A stretch of 64,000 nt of DNA from positions 44,361,341 to 44,425,340 of the forward strand of contig NC_057718.1 of assembly GCF_004010195.1 (NCBI RefSeq), in the 5' to 3' direction. The notes beneath the pieces were generated by a model that saw only the letters and a program-made list of their open reading frames with translations, was not told the DNA's origin and did no database searches. Shown one piece after another: positions 11,695-24,851 of the stretch; within the stretch, counting starts at the first letter, position 1; each line of letters begins with the position of its first letter. Both the position numbers and the translations under genes were made by a program. This stretch comes from Chiloscyllium plagiosum. Lineage: Eukaryota.

Positions 11695-13484
11695 GTAAGT
11701 ATAATTCAATTGGTCAAGTGGAATAATAATGTTCTGTTACGCTTGATCCCTCCCAGTAGTGATGTGATAGTGATACACATATCAAGCAATTTATAAATAA
11801 TACATGTCATGATAAATCAACTGGTTTAGATTGCTGAGGTATCAAACTTTTATTGTAAAATATTGGAAGTCTGTAATTGATGATTGACATATAATGTTGA
11901 AGTAACTTTTAACATAGATTGAGTTCAAATAATAATTGTGCAATGTCTTCTATGAAGGATAAGGCCACAGTTTTAAATGTTGCTGACTTGGTTATATTTC
12001 ACCAATAAACCCAAAAAATATCAAATCCTGTGCTCCAACTAGCATTCAAGTCTTTCTGTCTATTAAACTTTCTGTAAATTGTTATATTGCCTGAGACCTG
12101 TCTACATGAATGATTAATTTCATCTAACAAAAGTATGCTGATGTCAGATTAGATTTTGCTTTTTTTTAAGCATCAATCTCTTTGAAAAAAATTTAAAGAG
12201 ATGCACTTAAGGTTTTCAGATAAAATAACCATTAGGTAAGTTATACTAACGGCTTGGATTGGCAACTCAGGATTACATTCATTGTTGGTATTCCTGAACA
12301 GTATAGATTTTTGTCCCTAATGTGTACTTAATTTTAAAAATATTTATTATTTGTGTCAGATTATAAAACATAATTTCATTCATTTATTGAAGAACCTGAT
12401 ATGCAGTTGTTTCCCTGCATTGTAATTCTATTAGTTGAGAGAGGAAAATTATGTCTTAATCTGTTCCTCTGCCTCCTTTCCACCTTGTACACTTACACAA
12501 TTTTCCCCTGGAAGTTACACCAAACATGGGCAGTATACTATAATGTAATTATTGCCATTCACCTTAAAGGACAGCCGGGAACTCTGATCCCTGGTGTGTT
12601 CCTGGGGTTCACAGCTATTAAGGCAATGGAATGCTGCTCCGATCTGAATAGGTAAGGATTTAATATTTAATTGCAGAGTAATGGACTCACTAAGGTAGTA
12701 GATTGAATTACTTTGTTAAATTTTTAATGTTTTCCTCCTGCCAGGATTTCTGGCCACACTGTGCTACTGCTAATTCCATCTGTGGAATGCCTAGTGGTGT
12801 TTTAATTGCACACCAAAATGCTTGGAATGATCTTGATTGTGTGCAATCATCTAGCATTAGGGACCCTGGCTTAGGGACAGGTGGAAGCCCCACCTCTACA
12901 TAACTGGCATATGTGAGAGGCTTAAAGGGGCTACCAGCACTAGAACTATCAACTAAATGGTTTTCACTGCAGTGATGGCAGCAATCTAAGCCTATAGAAC
13001 ACCAAGGTAGACTTGCATGCAAGGACAGGAACAAAAGTCACACATACCCAGTGCTGTTCCGAGCCCAGGCCCAAGGTCCCACCTAACCTTAGCTGAGCAC
13101 AGTGGTACTGCTCTGAACTCCAACTGGAGCACTGCAGCCCCACCCACAACAGCACCGCTGACAACCCAGACACAGCACAACGCCCCCCATTCCTGACAGG
13201 AGTACAGCAGCCTCACCCTCCACACAAACACAGCAGTGTGGCCCCACCGCCAGACCAAGCACTGCTCTCGAATATAAGTATTGCCGCTGGTGTCATTACA
13301 TCATATCAAGGATTTAGAGCAATGTCTCTTCCGTGCGATTCGGGATATGCAGTCATGTCTGACCTCTGCATGCACTCCTGTTCTACCTCCTGTAATGTGC
13401 AAACTTGTCCTGCAAGAGAAGGAAGAATAATGTGTTGGAATATATTTGTGATGTTGTCCTGTCACAGCTGGAATAACACAAAGT

Positions 13485-13640
13485 CATAGAGTCATATAGC
13501 ATGGAAACAGACCCTTCAGACTAACCAGTCCATGTTGAACATAATCTCAAACTAAACTAGTCTCACCTGCCTGCTCCTGGCCCATATCCCTCCAAACCTT
13601 TCCTGTTCAGTACTTATCTAAGTGACTTTTACATGTGTAA
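13485..13640 (-). mobile_element. CR1 LINE 3' tail
   Basis: Reverse complement of the 1-190 tail (gtcatagagtcatatagcatggaaacagaccc). Confidence 0.8.
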
Positions 13641-14722
13641 GCTTGGTTATGTGGCTTGTACCAGTGATAAGTATGTGTGAATGAGGTGAAGAATGTAAAA
13701 TTTAGGCCAGATTCCAGATTCAGAGAGATTGCTGATGGATGAGGAATGGAGGCATCTATTAATATGAGAGCTTGGGATACAGTGGATAATGGATTGGATT
13801 CAAATATACATTTACTATTCATGTGAGATAATTTTTTTTTGTTGAACTGCAGCCAAATCTGTAGAGTTATTGCATGCTGTCTGACGCTATCTGCTGCCAT
13901 TTCTTTTCACAATGGATGCCAGAAAGGCCTCATGGCCCATTAGGAAAACATGAGATTTTCTTCTTCTGGACCAAAGCCTATTACACTGCATTGGAAAACT
14001 TGGGAAATCTCTTTCTATATCTCTCTCTTTTTCTGGACTGATACACTATTGCCACCCTTTCTTCCTTGTGGGAAATGCTTTCAAATATAATTCCAACACG
14101 GCTACAGTCAGAATATCTCCGCTTTACAAATTGCAGACTGAGTTTTAGAAATGGAGGCTAGCTTTACCTTGTGCAGCCTCACATGTACCTGGGCCCTTGG
14201 AACTTGTTTAGCATTGGGCTGCTCAATGCAATAATGGTGATGAGCAAGCAAGGTGAGTTTGTTTCCTGGGTGCATCATTCCCTTGGGCACAGGATAATTA
14301 TGCATCAATATATCACATCCACAATAGATCAAATCCAAATTTTAACTCCTTAATCTCAATTCTCCTACAACCACATTGTAAACTAGCTTAATTTTATCAC
14401 CATCTTGGCAGTTAACTTGTACATCATAATTTGTGTTTGCAATGGATTAACAGATATTCATGCATTCTGCACCTCAAGTATACTCGGTAGGTATTTCTTA
14501 GATACAATATATACTGATTTTTATTATCAGTGTCTGTTATAGGCTTAAAAAGGTCTGTGCTGGATAATTGTTAATTTTTATATCCTTAAATGGAAATAAA
14601 GGAATGTAGGAAAAAGCATTGATATTGTGCGTTTAGAAACTGTCAAGTTTAACTAATCAAAATAAGTTTAAAAAAGATGTCTAGTTACTGATTTCAACAA
14701 TGTAATTTGTTCTGCTCTTCAG

Positions 14723-14899
14723 TGCCCCAGTACAAAGCACCATTCAAAGTAACCAGCAACTTGACAGCAATTTATTTGGACTGGAGTCAAACATTCCAGC
14801 TGAATGGAGAACTGAAAGAGTACGTACTGACAGATAACAACATTCAGATTTACAGTGGATTCGACAGCAGATTGCATATTGCAAGAACATCTGATAAAA
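14723..14899 (+). CDS. USH2A: USH2A exon (exon 68 equivalent)
   Basis: ttcag|TG CCC CAG TAC...GAT AAA A|gttagt, 177 nt. PQYKAPFKVTSNLTAIYLDWSQTFQLNGELKEYVLTDNNIQIYSGFDSRLHIARTSDK. Confidence 0.95.
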
Positions 14900-17143
14900 G
14901 TTAGTTCAAACAAGTTCTGCTTCACAATTAAATCTGTTGATGCTATTTCATGGTTATCACTTAAGAAAGAATTTCCAGAAACATACTAGTACAAAACAAC
15001 ATTCAGCTTTTTACATTATTAAAAGGCTTCTGAATTTATGGAACAACTTACCAGTCACCATGGACCTAGTTTGGCCTGGCAGCTTTGCTGGCAATGACAC
15101 TTACTGCAGGTCTTGAGGGGGACAAAGAAATCAAAGATGTTGGTCCATATTGGCAGCAATCCTTGGTGTGCTGTGGAGACTGGAGGAGCATGAGGATAAA
15201 TATATTTCTTTGTTCCCCTGATTGCCATCCTATTGTTATAGTCCAGAAAGAATATTTTATTATTATGTTATCCTGGACATTTTTTTTTATTCAGCTTCAC
15301 TTGTGCCCACAATTACACTTCTAAGTTTTTTTTCCATTTTCTAATATATTGAAATTCTGTCTTTTTTTCTCCCTGCCATTTTTGCATTATTTAAATTTGT
15401 CAGTGTATTTAGATGTAACCTGACAATTTACTGTCCCATTAACCTTTTCTCAATCATTAGTGAACTGTTGTAAGAAATATGGTGATGGACTTTCTTCTTC
15501 CTTGGTGATAGCAGCATCAATAGTGCCAATATGAATGACCTATACACCAACAATCTACTGATGTTTGGTTTCTACAGGAGCCACTTATTTCCAGACTATA
15601 TAACAGCCTTAATTCTAACATAGATGAAAAAGGTAAGGTTCCAACCAATAGCTGCTTGGTCAACTAACCGCCATCTGGTATTAGATCAGAACTGGAGTAT
15701 TTGCTGATAATTCCAGCTCCACTTACATCTTGCGAATTAGAAATCAGCACACACCAGCCTATCTGAGAACCAAATTAATATCCAGTTTTCCATTTAGAAA
15801 TAGAAAGTAATACTTGTGCCACCTAATTCAAACAAGGGAGAACCCAGCCATCTCCTCGTGAGCTAGTGGCAGCACCTTTGTGAAACTCTGTATCAGTGCA
15901 GTTGTTACACAAGTTGGGCAGAGGCTGGGTACTCTGCAATTGGTGACTCACTTCCTGACCCCCTAAAAGCCACTCCATCTTCAACAAAGTTTGTTTGAAT
16001 TGTGACAAGATATTCATCAACCTTCTCAATGAGTGCAGACAAAGAAATACTCAAGAGGTTTAATCATCCAGTCCACTTGATTGGTGGAATGATATTGAAG
16101 TCAATAGCCAACAATTCCATTATGAGTGCACTTTGCTGCAGTGTGGGTGATCTACAGAATACATCACAAAAGCAAATCATCCAGGCTGTTTCAGAGTCAC
16201 ATTCATGCTTGTTATCCTTACACCCAGAAATGGAAAGATGTATTCATCAACTAGCATTGATGCAATTTGACAGAAGCCTGCAGAATCAATGGATCACTAT
16301 GTGAGAAAATGAAGAGAAAGAGGCTTATTATTTGATTTTTAAGGTGGCGAGCTAGCAAACATAATTGTTGAGTTGGTAATCACATCCCCCCTCCCCCACC
16401 CCATGGAAGTTTTCCAGAATAACTACTGAAGAATGGACACAAATACAGAGCAATCCTTGCAGGTCAATGAAGCTTACAGATCCTGAGTACAACTTTGACA
16501 GTTGACACCATCATTAGAACAGTCAAACATAGCAAGACATGTGGAAGCATTGGTCTTCAGCACGTATCACAGAAATTCCGAGCTTTTAATTAATTTTGCA
16601 AAATATGTAGCAATAAAGGCCATTGATAAAGGCAATGCACTGGAGCAACGGATGATGCAGCTATAGACTGTACAATGACCCAACAAACTAGGGGCAAGGA
16701 GTATCTTCAAGTTACAATAATGATCATCTGGATCCTGCCAGAAACATATATATATAAAATGAATGACAATTGTAGAGACTGTCTCTTTTTATTTTTCTAT
16801 ATTTTTGATTGTGGACTGAAATGGGTAAAGAATTGCTACCTAAAAGAACCAAGGACTGTTGAAAGGTTTGCTGCACTTTTTGAAGACAAGTTACCTGACA
16901 CTTATTGTTAAGTGATGTTTACATTGCTACTTGTTCAAGCAGCTGGGGAAGGACCACAGATTGACTGGAGCCAGGGTGTATGTACAAAGTGGGATGTAGC
17001 TAACAACAAGTAGCTGGCATGGTGACCAGTTGTTGAAGGCAAAAGGTCTTTTGCCTGTCATCAACAGTGTAATTGGCTCCCAAGTAGTTGAACAGTTTGT
17101 GAGCATGAAGGAGACAGCCAGAAGTCATCAGGCCTCCAGATAT

Positions 17144-17450
17144 GGTGGCATGGTGGCTCAGTAGTCAGCATTGCTACCTCACATCACCAGGAACCTGGAT
17201 TCAATTCCAACCTTGGATGACTGTCTATGCGGGTTTTCTCCCACAGTCCAAAGATGTGCAGGTTAGATGGATTGGCATTGTAAATTGCCCTGTATTGTCC
17301 AGGGATGTGTAGGTTGTATGGATTAGCCATGGAAAATGCAGGGTTACAGGGATAGAGTATGGAGGGTGATTCTGGGTGGGATGCTCTTTGGAGAGTCGGT
17401 GTGGACTTGTTGGGCCGAATGGCCTGTTTCCACACTGTAGGGATTCAATG
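17144..17450 (+). mobile_element. tRNA-derived SINE (HE1-like, internal deletion)
   Basis: Same head, core and tail; lacks the GTGGAGTTTGCAC block. Confidence 0.85.
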
Positions 17451-18149
17451 AAAGAAAGATGTTGTCCTTACTTCTGCAGCAAAAGAACACCTCAAGCCTG
17501 AAGAAAGCCAGTTTATTTCCTTTCATTAGTTGCTGTAAGTTGTGGTTTTTAAGCGCCAAGTCAGAGTCTTTATGAGTTGTGAAGCAGTCACTCAATGCTT
17601 CCTGCAAGCAAGCAAAGTACATGGAAAAGGAAGAACGAGGAGCAGCAAGGCTTAACAAGCCAAAAGAATCTTCTCAGCAAATCCTGTGAACAGGGATCAC
17701 TGAACTGCCTTCCCGGTCTTTCCCTCGCCCATAACACCCATTTTTATTTGTGTCTACACCTGAGTGTAGGGTGAGTTTTACAAGGGGTTAACAGTTTTAG
17801 CTGAGGGAGGTATGTGTCAACAGTTCACTACTGTCTACTTGTAGTTAGAATCTACTTGTAATAAATAGTAATTCTTAATAAGTATAAGACTGTGGTCCAT
17901 GCTTTCTCTTTACCTTGATCTGAAAAAGAGGCAAATTGGGGAATTTTGCATAGTTCTATAAAATCTTTAACTTTTGTGACAAATCTGGGAATAGCAGGTT
18001 GTGATTTCCAGTGTGCTACTCCATTAAAGCTCAACACAAAACGAATCTGATGATGTCCACGATGAGACAAAGAGTTGGAAAAAAAGCTTCAGATTGTCAA
18101 TCCTATGGAAAACATCAACATCATTACACCAACTGAATTGTGTGCAAAA

Positions 18150-20100
18150 TTTCAAATTACCTGTCGATAAAAACCTGATGATTGTTTGTTCTTGGCTAAG
18201 GTTAACATGGGGACAAATGCCAAATCAATACAAGTCAATTCTTAAAAAATAACATGGGCCCATAAATCTGGGAAGCCATGATGAAACCTACAAATGTGAA
18301 ATTTGCAGCATACAACGGTTCACCAATTCAATGTACAAGACCGACAGTCCTGCAGTGCAAGTACAATCAATCCATTTGGACATCACAACTGGACTACATG
18401 GTAGACATTGCCAGACTTACAATTGCAGATAAACCAGTATGATTATAACTTCTCACTCGTTATAATCCATGCAGTCAAACATCAGAGACAAAAGAAGCAG
18501 CAGCAGACTATTCAAGAACATTGTGCAGAATTCAGTATGAAGGAAGATCATCAATAACCACAATAGCAAAAAAATTACATTCTCAGTATGGCCATGCAAA
18601 TATCCATTAATAAGAAGAAAGGTGTGGATGCATTGCTGGAAGCAGAAGAATCGTGTTAAAGTGTCAGGCCTACTGACTGGAGACTCAGCAACAGACTCAT
18701 GTTCCTCTTTTCATGAAGACCAATCAGGCAGTGGTGAGGCCAGCAGTGGGCCTTTTTGCATGAATCAAGACTCTGGGAGCAAAGATTGCATATGCCAAGA
18801 GTTGCTGTCCAATCAAAGTCCGGCTGATCATTTATTCAACAGTACTTCTGGGGAGGCTATTATTAATAACAGATAGCAGAGTCCCAGGATCAAGGAGTAG
18901 TCCAGGCCAAAGGCATATAATGTCAGAGAGTATTTTAGGGATGGGGCTCACAGAGAGAAGTGTACATATCTTCTGAATTGGTGTGGAGACAAAAATGTAG
19001 CTTCAGGAGAAAAGGGTTGAACTATTAGCACAGAATAAATCCTAGTTTGATAACGCCATCTTTGAGACAGGAATACATTTACTCAGCTCACAAACGTGAA
19101 TGAAGAGATAAAAAAGCAAGAAAGGAAGAGAATGAATTACAAATTCAGTATCATCAATACAATGAATTGACTACCAATTTACAAGAAGATGTGAAACAAC
19201 TTGTATGTAAAGCTGATCAAACAGGAGCAGTTACTGAAAAATCAGCTTGAATTCAAAGCAATGCAGGAGAAAATGACTTCTGCAAAAAAAAGGTGCATGT
19301 TCATTAAACAAGGAAAAGCAAATCACTCATGAGACAGTTATTTGAAAAACAATCACCAGCAATGATACTCTAGTGAAATAACTCAAGCAGGACTTGCAGG
19401 AAACCAAACATCTGTTAAAGCATTAAGTAGAAGAGGTCCAATCTTCCAAGTAAACAAAAAGAAATTAATAGAAGTTATTAGAACAGGTCATTAAGGAGAA
19501 AATGGACTGAACCAACAGAACGCTAAAACTTTGATAGAAATAAAATAATTTGCATCATTAAAAAGGGTTTAAAATGAGTTGGAAATTTTTAAAGGACTAA
19601 ACAGTAAATGCCAAGAAGCATTGATGAACAATTCAGTCAGTAGCCAATCTGGAACAAATCTTAGTTGTGTGTTGGATTAAGCGTATCCTGAAATGGTAAC
19701 TGCAGTCCATGAAAGAAAACTTGACAACAGAAACAGGAAAGATAGACAATATGATTGACGACAGTGGTAAAAAAATGACACGTTCCGACAAGTTTATCAT
19801 CACAAGATCTGGATGTACCTGCAAGTTACCAACGCTTTATACAGGCAAATATATTCACTGTTTCAGTTAGCAGTTGAATTTTCTTTTAGAAAGGAGGGAG
19901 ATGCTGTCTGTGTGCTCTGCCTTTAAGAGAGTTCACCTTTAAAGATTCCTTGGGACATGTGAATGCCATGTGTGACTCTGCCTGGCAGTCAGCTTTGTAT
20001 TTGCACACTGAACTCACTGAAATCAGTTGGTTCAGTGTAACGTCTGCTTCATAATTTGGGATATGTCTTATTGTTTTAAGAAAACTAACCTTGCTGATCA
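18150..20100 (+). mobile_element. Heavily decayed Ty3/Gypsy-like LTR retrotransposon
   Basis: Protease-like KVNMGTNA and AAYNGSPIQC (18198-18334); pol C-terminal TRSGCTCKLPTLY (19802-19840); polypurine tract AGAAAGGAGGGAGA (19888-19901) followed by TG. Boundaries approximate. Confidence 0.5.
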
Positions 20101-20688
20101 AACGCTGACAAGTGATTATTACAATATATCATTTACACGACACAGGCAGACTTATTTCCATGTGGCATGAAATTGTGCAGCCAGCTCCCAGCAGGAGTGC
20201 TGGATCAACGGATTCATCAATGGGAAAGAAGAGGGATGCTTAAAGCCACCTCTCTGGCTTTGCTCCCAACTCATATATGCACCTCTCTCTGTGAGCCCCA
20301 TCCCTAAAACACTCTCTGACATTACTTGCCTTTGGCCTGGAATACTCCTTGATACTGGAACTCTGCTATCTGTCAATCTGACATTAATGACAGCCTCTCC
20401 AGAAGCACTGTTGAATGAAAGATCAGCTGGACTCTGATTGGCCAGCAGCTCTTGACAGATGGAACCTTTGCTCCCAGGGTCCTGATTTGAGCAAAAAGAC
20501 CTACTGCTGGCCTCACCACTGCCTGATTGGCTTCCATGAGGAAAGGGAAACATGTTGCTCTGTCTACAGTCAGTAGGCCTGACACTTTAATACAATCCTA
20601 TTGCTTGTAGCAATGCATCCGTATCTTTCTACTTAGTAATTGATGTTTGCACGACAATACTGACAATGAAAATTTTTGCTATTGTGGT
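18557..20688. repeat. Long imperfect inverted repeat: arms 18557-18969 and 20273-20688
   Basis: Colinear reverse-complement match by eye, e.g. ttttagggatggggctcacagagaga / tctctctgtgagccccatccctaaaa and ccaatcaggcagtggtgaggccagcagt / actgctggcctcaccactgcctgattgg. Confidence 0.92.
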
Positions 20689-20738
20689 AAAAATCTAAAA
20701 TATTGACGTAACTGGAATTTTTTTTTTATTTGTTATAG

Positions 20739-20822
20739 CTTTTCTATTTCAAGTTATATGTACAACAGATATGGGAAGCGCAAGTACTCCCACTATCAAA
20801 TATAACACAGCAACACGTGTGG
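20739..20822 (+). CDS. USH2A: USH2A exon (exon 69 equivalent)
   Basis: tatag|CT TTT CTA TTT CAA GTT ATA TGT...GTG G|gtaag, 84 nt. TFLFQVICTTDMGSASTPTIKYNTATRV (cf. recalled TFFFQVICTTDEGS). Confidence 0.93.
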
Positions 20823-21734
20823 GTAAGCATTTTGCATATTTGCTTTGTTTTAAATCACTTGTATAAATTTGATTCCTTTAACCTCCTCAGTGGAAATGTA
20901 AATTTTAAAAATTAGCTGCAGTCATGTAAATTAAACCAAAAAATAAACAAAAGGCTTGCAAGAAAATAATATATCAACCACTGTCAATTATTACCATAAT
21001 CAAGTATGAGTAAACCAGTAACATGAGTCATATTTAGTATTGTTCACTCTAATTTAACATGTTTTTCAATTGGTTCCCAGTCTGATCAGAGTCCATGCAT
21101 ACCATAGCAATGTGATGCCTGGTATTTAAGTCCCATCCTGTAGAAAGTGCCCTCCAATTTAACAAGTAATAAAGTTTCATAAAACTAATAGAATCATTTG
21201 TGAGCATGTATAAAAGTGTAATTACGTGTCAGAATTTGCTCTGACCTCATGTGGCTTGTCCATGTATGAAAAGTGTGAGGGAGGACTCAAGTAAACATTT
21301 CCTTAAAATGGCGTGTTTGGATGCAAGAGGTAAGATTAAAAAATAATCACAGCAAGATCTGTGATGGACACATTATTGAAGTACCTCTCAAAGTTGGGAG
21401 CTGTTAATAACATGAAAATTGTCCCTTTTAATCCCGATTGGAGAAAGGCAGACCATAGGAGTAATGCGGGACACGTCTATTACATCAATCTTATCCATAA
21501 TCATGTTACCTCTAACATCTACCAGCATGAAACTTCAACAGTGGAGTCATATAGAAGAAGCTATGCAAATAACTTTGAGTTCAATAATATAAATGTTAAT
21601 TCTATACACAAGTTACCACATATAATAAGGAAGCTTTAGTTTTCTTTCAAAGGTTTCTCAAAAAGAAATACAAAACTTAAATACATGTATGCAAATCATT
21701 TTTTTTCAAACTCACAACCCTGAAAAATAGCCAA

Positions 21735-22421
21735 GGGCTGGAAATTGTAGGGCCAACCACTGTCTCTCTGCCCATTCAGAGAATCAAAGGAAGGCCCTGT
21801 CACTTCAGTGGAAGAGGACCAATGGAATTGACTGTCCTTCAGGTATTTAATTGTCCTCCACTCGCAACTGAGGACCAAAGTGATTAAAAGCTCATCTGCT
21901 GGGAATAGACAGTGTTACCAGCGTCATCTCCTTGTCACCACCAGTGGCATTGGGAGTGGTGGCTGCTATTGGATTTGTACCCACCAGGTGCCCGGGCACA
22001 TTTTTAGACCCCAGGTCAAAGGTGAGTGAGGGTGGGATGGTGCTGGTGGAGTGGGCATGGCAGGAGCTGGATTAGCAAGAGGACTTTAAAATCCCTTCCC
22101 TTATCAATGCATAGAATATCTAATAATGAGGCACCTTCCCCACACCATCCCACCCAGGAAGCTTCTGGCAAATCTAACAGGAATTACTGAGCAACCTGCT
22201 GCGGGCATAGAAAATATCTCCAGCTTCTGTTAAAACCCTGATGTGGTACTTAATTGACAACATGCTGTGGTGGCCAGGAATCCCATGCTGCATCCCTTGT
22301 ACACTCCAACTTAATCAGAGGAAGTTCCACCCTCTTCAAGAGGCTGACAAGGGGATCTCCTGTCATTGAATGGACAGAGCCTTCATGTTTCTGCTGTGAT
22401 GGGCTGCATTAAGTCTAGCCC
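21735..22421. mobile_element. Possible old non-autonomous DNA transposon (MITE-like)
   Basis: GC-richer island with imperfect inverted ends GGGCTGGAAATT ... AAGTCTAGCCC. Confidence 0.3.
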
Positions 22422-22482
22422 TGAGAAGGTTTTAATTATTTTTGGAAATCAAATGTCTTCATGTCTTCTACTTGTTTTAAAG

Positions 22483-22712
22483 GTTCTACAATACCCACTG
22501 TTGAGGAGAAAACAGGAGTACCACAATCAAACACACTGTTTTACAATGAATTGTGGTTCATTACAATAATGGCAGTCCTTGGATTGCTGTTTCTGGCTAT
22601 ATTCTTGGCTATCCTACTGCAAAGGGCAATAACTAAACAACCATTCAAACGAGAGAGGCCTCCTTTAATTCCACTACAGAAGAGGACTAATCTGCCTAAT
22701 GAATCCTTCATG
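22483..22712 (+). CDS. USH2A: USH2A exon (exon 70 equivalent; transmembrane helix and start of cytoplasmic tail)
   Basis: taaag|GT TCT...TTC ATG|gtaag, 230 nt. FYNELWFITIMAVLGLLFLAIFLAILLQRAITKQPFKRERPPLIPLQKR. Confidence 0.96.
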
Positions 22713-22779
22713 GTAAGTTTTTGAAAGTCTTCTGTTATTGTCAGGTACAAATTATATCCAACATGCACAAGTTACAAGA

Positions 22780-23240
22780 ATGTGAAGGAACACACTCCAT
22801 TGTCTGGTTGAGTTCAGGTCCAGTAACACTCGGGAAGCTTGACACAATTCAGGACAAAGCAGCATATTTGACAGACAAACATAACTCCCTTCACCACTGA
22901 CACTCAGGAGCTGCACTGCAGAAATTCACTGAGGCTTCTTAGACAATACCTTCCAAACCCACAACCACTATCATCTAAGGACAAGGGCAGCATAAACACA
23001 AGAGCATCATCAGCTGCAAAGTTCCCTTTCAAGACACCTGCCAATCCGACTTGTAAATCACCATTCCTTCAGTGTCATTGGGTCAAAATCCTGGAATTTC
23101 CTTCCCAACAGCATTGTAGAAGTAGCTACAGCAAATGGACTGCAGCAGTTCAAGAAGGCAGCTCACCATCACTTTCTCCAGAGCAATTAAGGCTGGCCAA
23201 CAAATGTTGGCCCAGCTAGTGACACCGAATTCCATGAGTG
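22780..23240 (+). mobile_element. LINE 3' end (family of 4040-4780)
   Basis: Ends caagaaggcagctcaccatcactttctccagagcaattaagg...aaatgttggcccagc; reverse copy at 39070-39130. Confidence 0.7.
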
Positions 23241-24019
23241 AATTTTCAAAAAGCAAGTCCAATTCAACATAAATCAATAGTGTACGATTATGCAACAAAC
23301 AGCATTTAGAGTGTTCACAGGACCCAAAGAAAAGTTTGATGTAAATCTCCTTTTCAGATAACGGAGGTAAATTTGCTCAGAGCTTCTCTTATTCTTCAGC
23401 TATTACTTCAGCAAAATCCAACAGAATTCCCACTCAATAAAGTAAAAAACCTTCTTGCCTCACACCTAAAGTTTTGGTAGCAGACTGGGGGAGACTTTGA
23501 GAAAATTCACTTCAGCGGACTACCCATTTTTATCAGAATCATAAATATTTGCCATAAGCTTGTCATCTTTTTCTTTAATAACAAAGAGGAGTGTGCTGAT
23601 AAAGTTCACTTACCAAACAATTCATAAAGATGTCATGACAAATGCATCAATTAGATGATGATTGACAGTTAAGTTCCACTTTTTTGTTTAAATTTAAACA
23701 AGGCAGGTTGACTCTGGTCAAAGCATTGCCCTGAAGAGTGTATGAGAAACTAGCTATTGCCTGTTTTGCTAATTTGAAACCCATAGTGCCTGTTCATATT
23801 CTTAGCTGCAAAGAATAGGACCCATGTATTAACATATGCATCTTTCCATTTATACAAGTGCACCACACCGTGAGGCTGACTGATAATCATAAATTGATTG
23901 CCAGTATATTTTCTATTACTTTTTGGATTTTTCAGCAAATGCTGTTGAATTGCAGAATCACATCTAATATTGGAGACTGTGCTTAAAGTTCCTCACTATA
24001 CATTGTGTAAAGTTATGAC

Positions 24020-24310
24020 AGGGCCTAAGGCATGTTTCAGTCCTGAAAAGTGCCCAGTCTACCAAGAAGGGTAAGTTGTCTCAATGCAATATCAACCTGA
24101 GTGTTTTCAACTCGAACAGGATATTGCCTTCAACCCAAAGTGGCATTCTGTCTATTACACAAAATAAGCAATTTGGTATATGAATTTCAGTGTCACTATG
24201 ATGCTAGCTATGTAGGCTATATGCCTCAAACTTCATATCAAGCGGTATGTCCGTTCAACTGTTTACAGTAGACAAGGTTCTAACTATACACAACCAGCTC
24301 TGTTTGTAAT
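24020..24310 (+). mobile_element. Decayed Penelope-like GIY-YIG endonuclease fragment
   Basis: Reads (with frameshifts) VFSTRT..LPSTQ...VYEFQCHYDASYVG, the VY..C..YVG form of the GIY-YIG motif. Confidence 0.55.
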
Positions 24311-24779
24311 CACTCATGCCTCCCTATTGTATCACCTCACCCCCCCACCCTTTTGCAGCTGTACCCTCTATTTTACTTTACAGCACAGAAGGAAGTTATT
24401 CCGCCCATTATGTCCATGGCAGCTCTCTGCAAAAGCAACTGAACTAATCACATACCCCTGCCTTTGCTTCGCAGCCCTGGAATTTGTTTCTGTTCAACTA
24501 ATTACTCAATTCTATTTTTAAAGCCACAATTAAATTTGCCTGCACCATATATGAAGTAGTGCATTCCAGATACTAATCATTCAGTGTTAAAATATTTTTC
24601 TTCTCGTCATCCTTTGGGTTTTTTTTTCTGCTATTTATGGTAAATTATTACCTTCCAGTTCTCACCGTATCCACCAATGGGAACAGATATGATCTATTTA
24701 CCCCGTTCAGGCTCCTCCTAACTGAGGTCTTGTTATATCTGAATCTAATGTAGTTATTAAACTCTTCTTCTCCCCTCAG

Positions 24780-24851
24780 TTTGATGGTATTGCAGCACCG
24801 TCTGATGCTTCAAGTTCTGTTACCCTTAAGAGTTATACTATGTGTTTTGAG
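24780..24851 (+). CDS. USH2A: USH2A 72-nt cassette exon (24-aa cytoplasmic insert; inner-ear-type alternative exon)
   Basis: Strong pyrimidine tract ctcttcttctcccctcag|TTT GAT...TTT GAG|gtatg, phase 0-0. FDGIAAPSDASSSVTLKSYTMCFE resembles the recalled mouse insert FDSVADISDVSSNVTLKSYTMHFE. Confidence 0.9.

Noticed and set aside
20152..20585. Similar ORFs at 18622-18876 (+) and 20152-20585 (-) as a duplicated gene
   Set aside because: Similarity comes from the inverted repeat; frames are not preserved and there is no recognisable domain.
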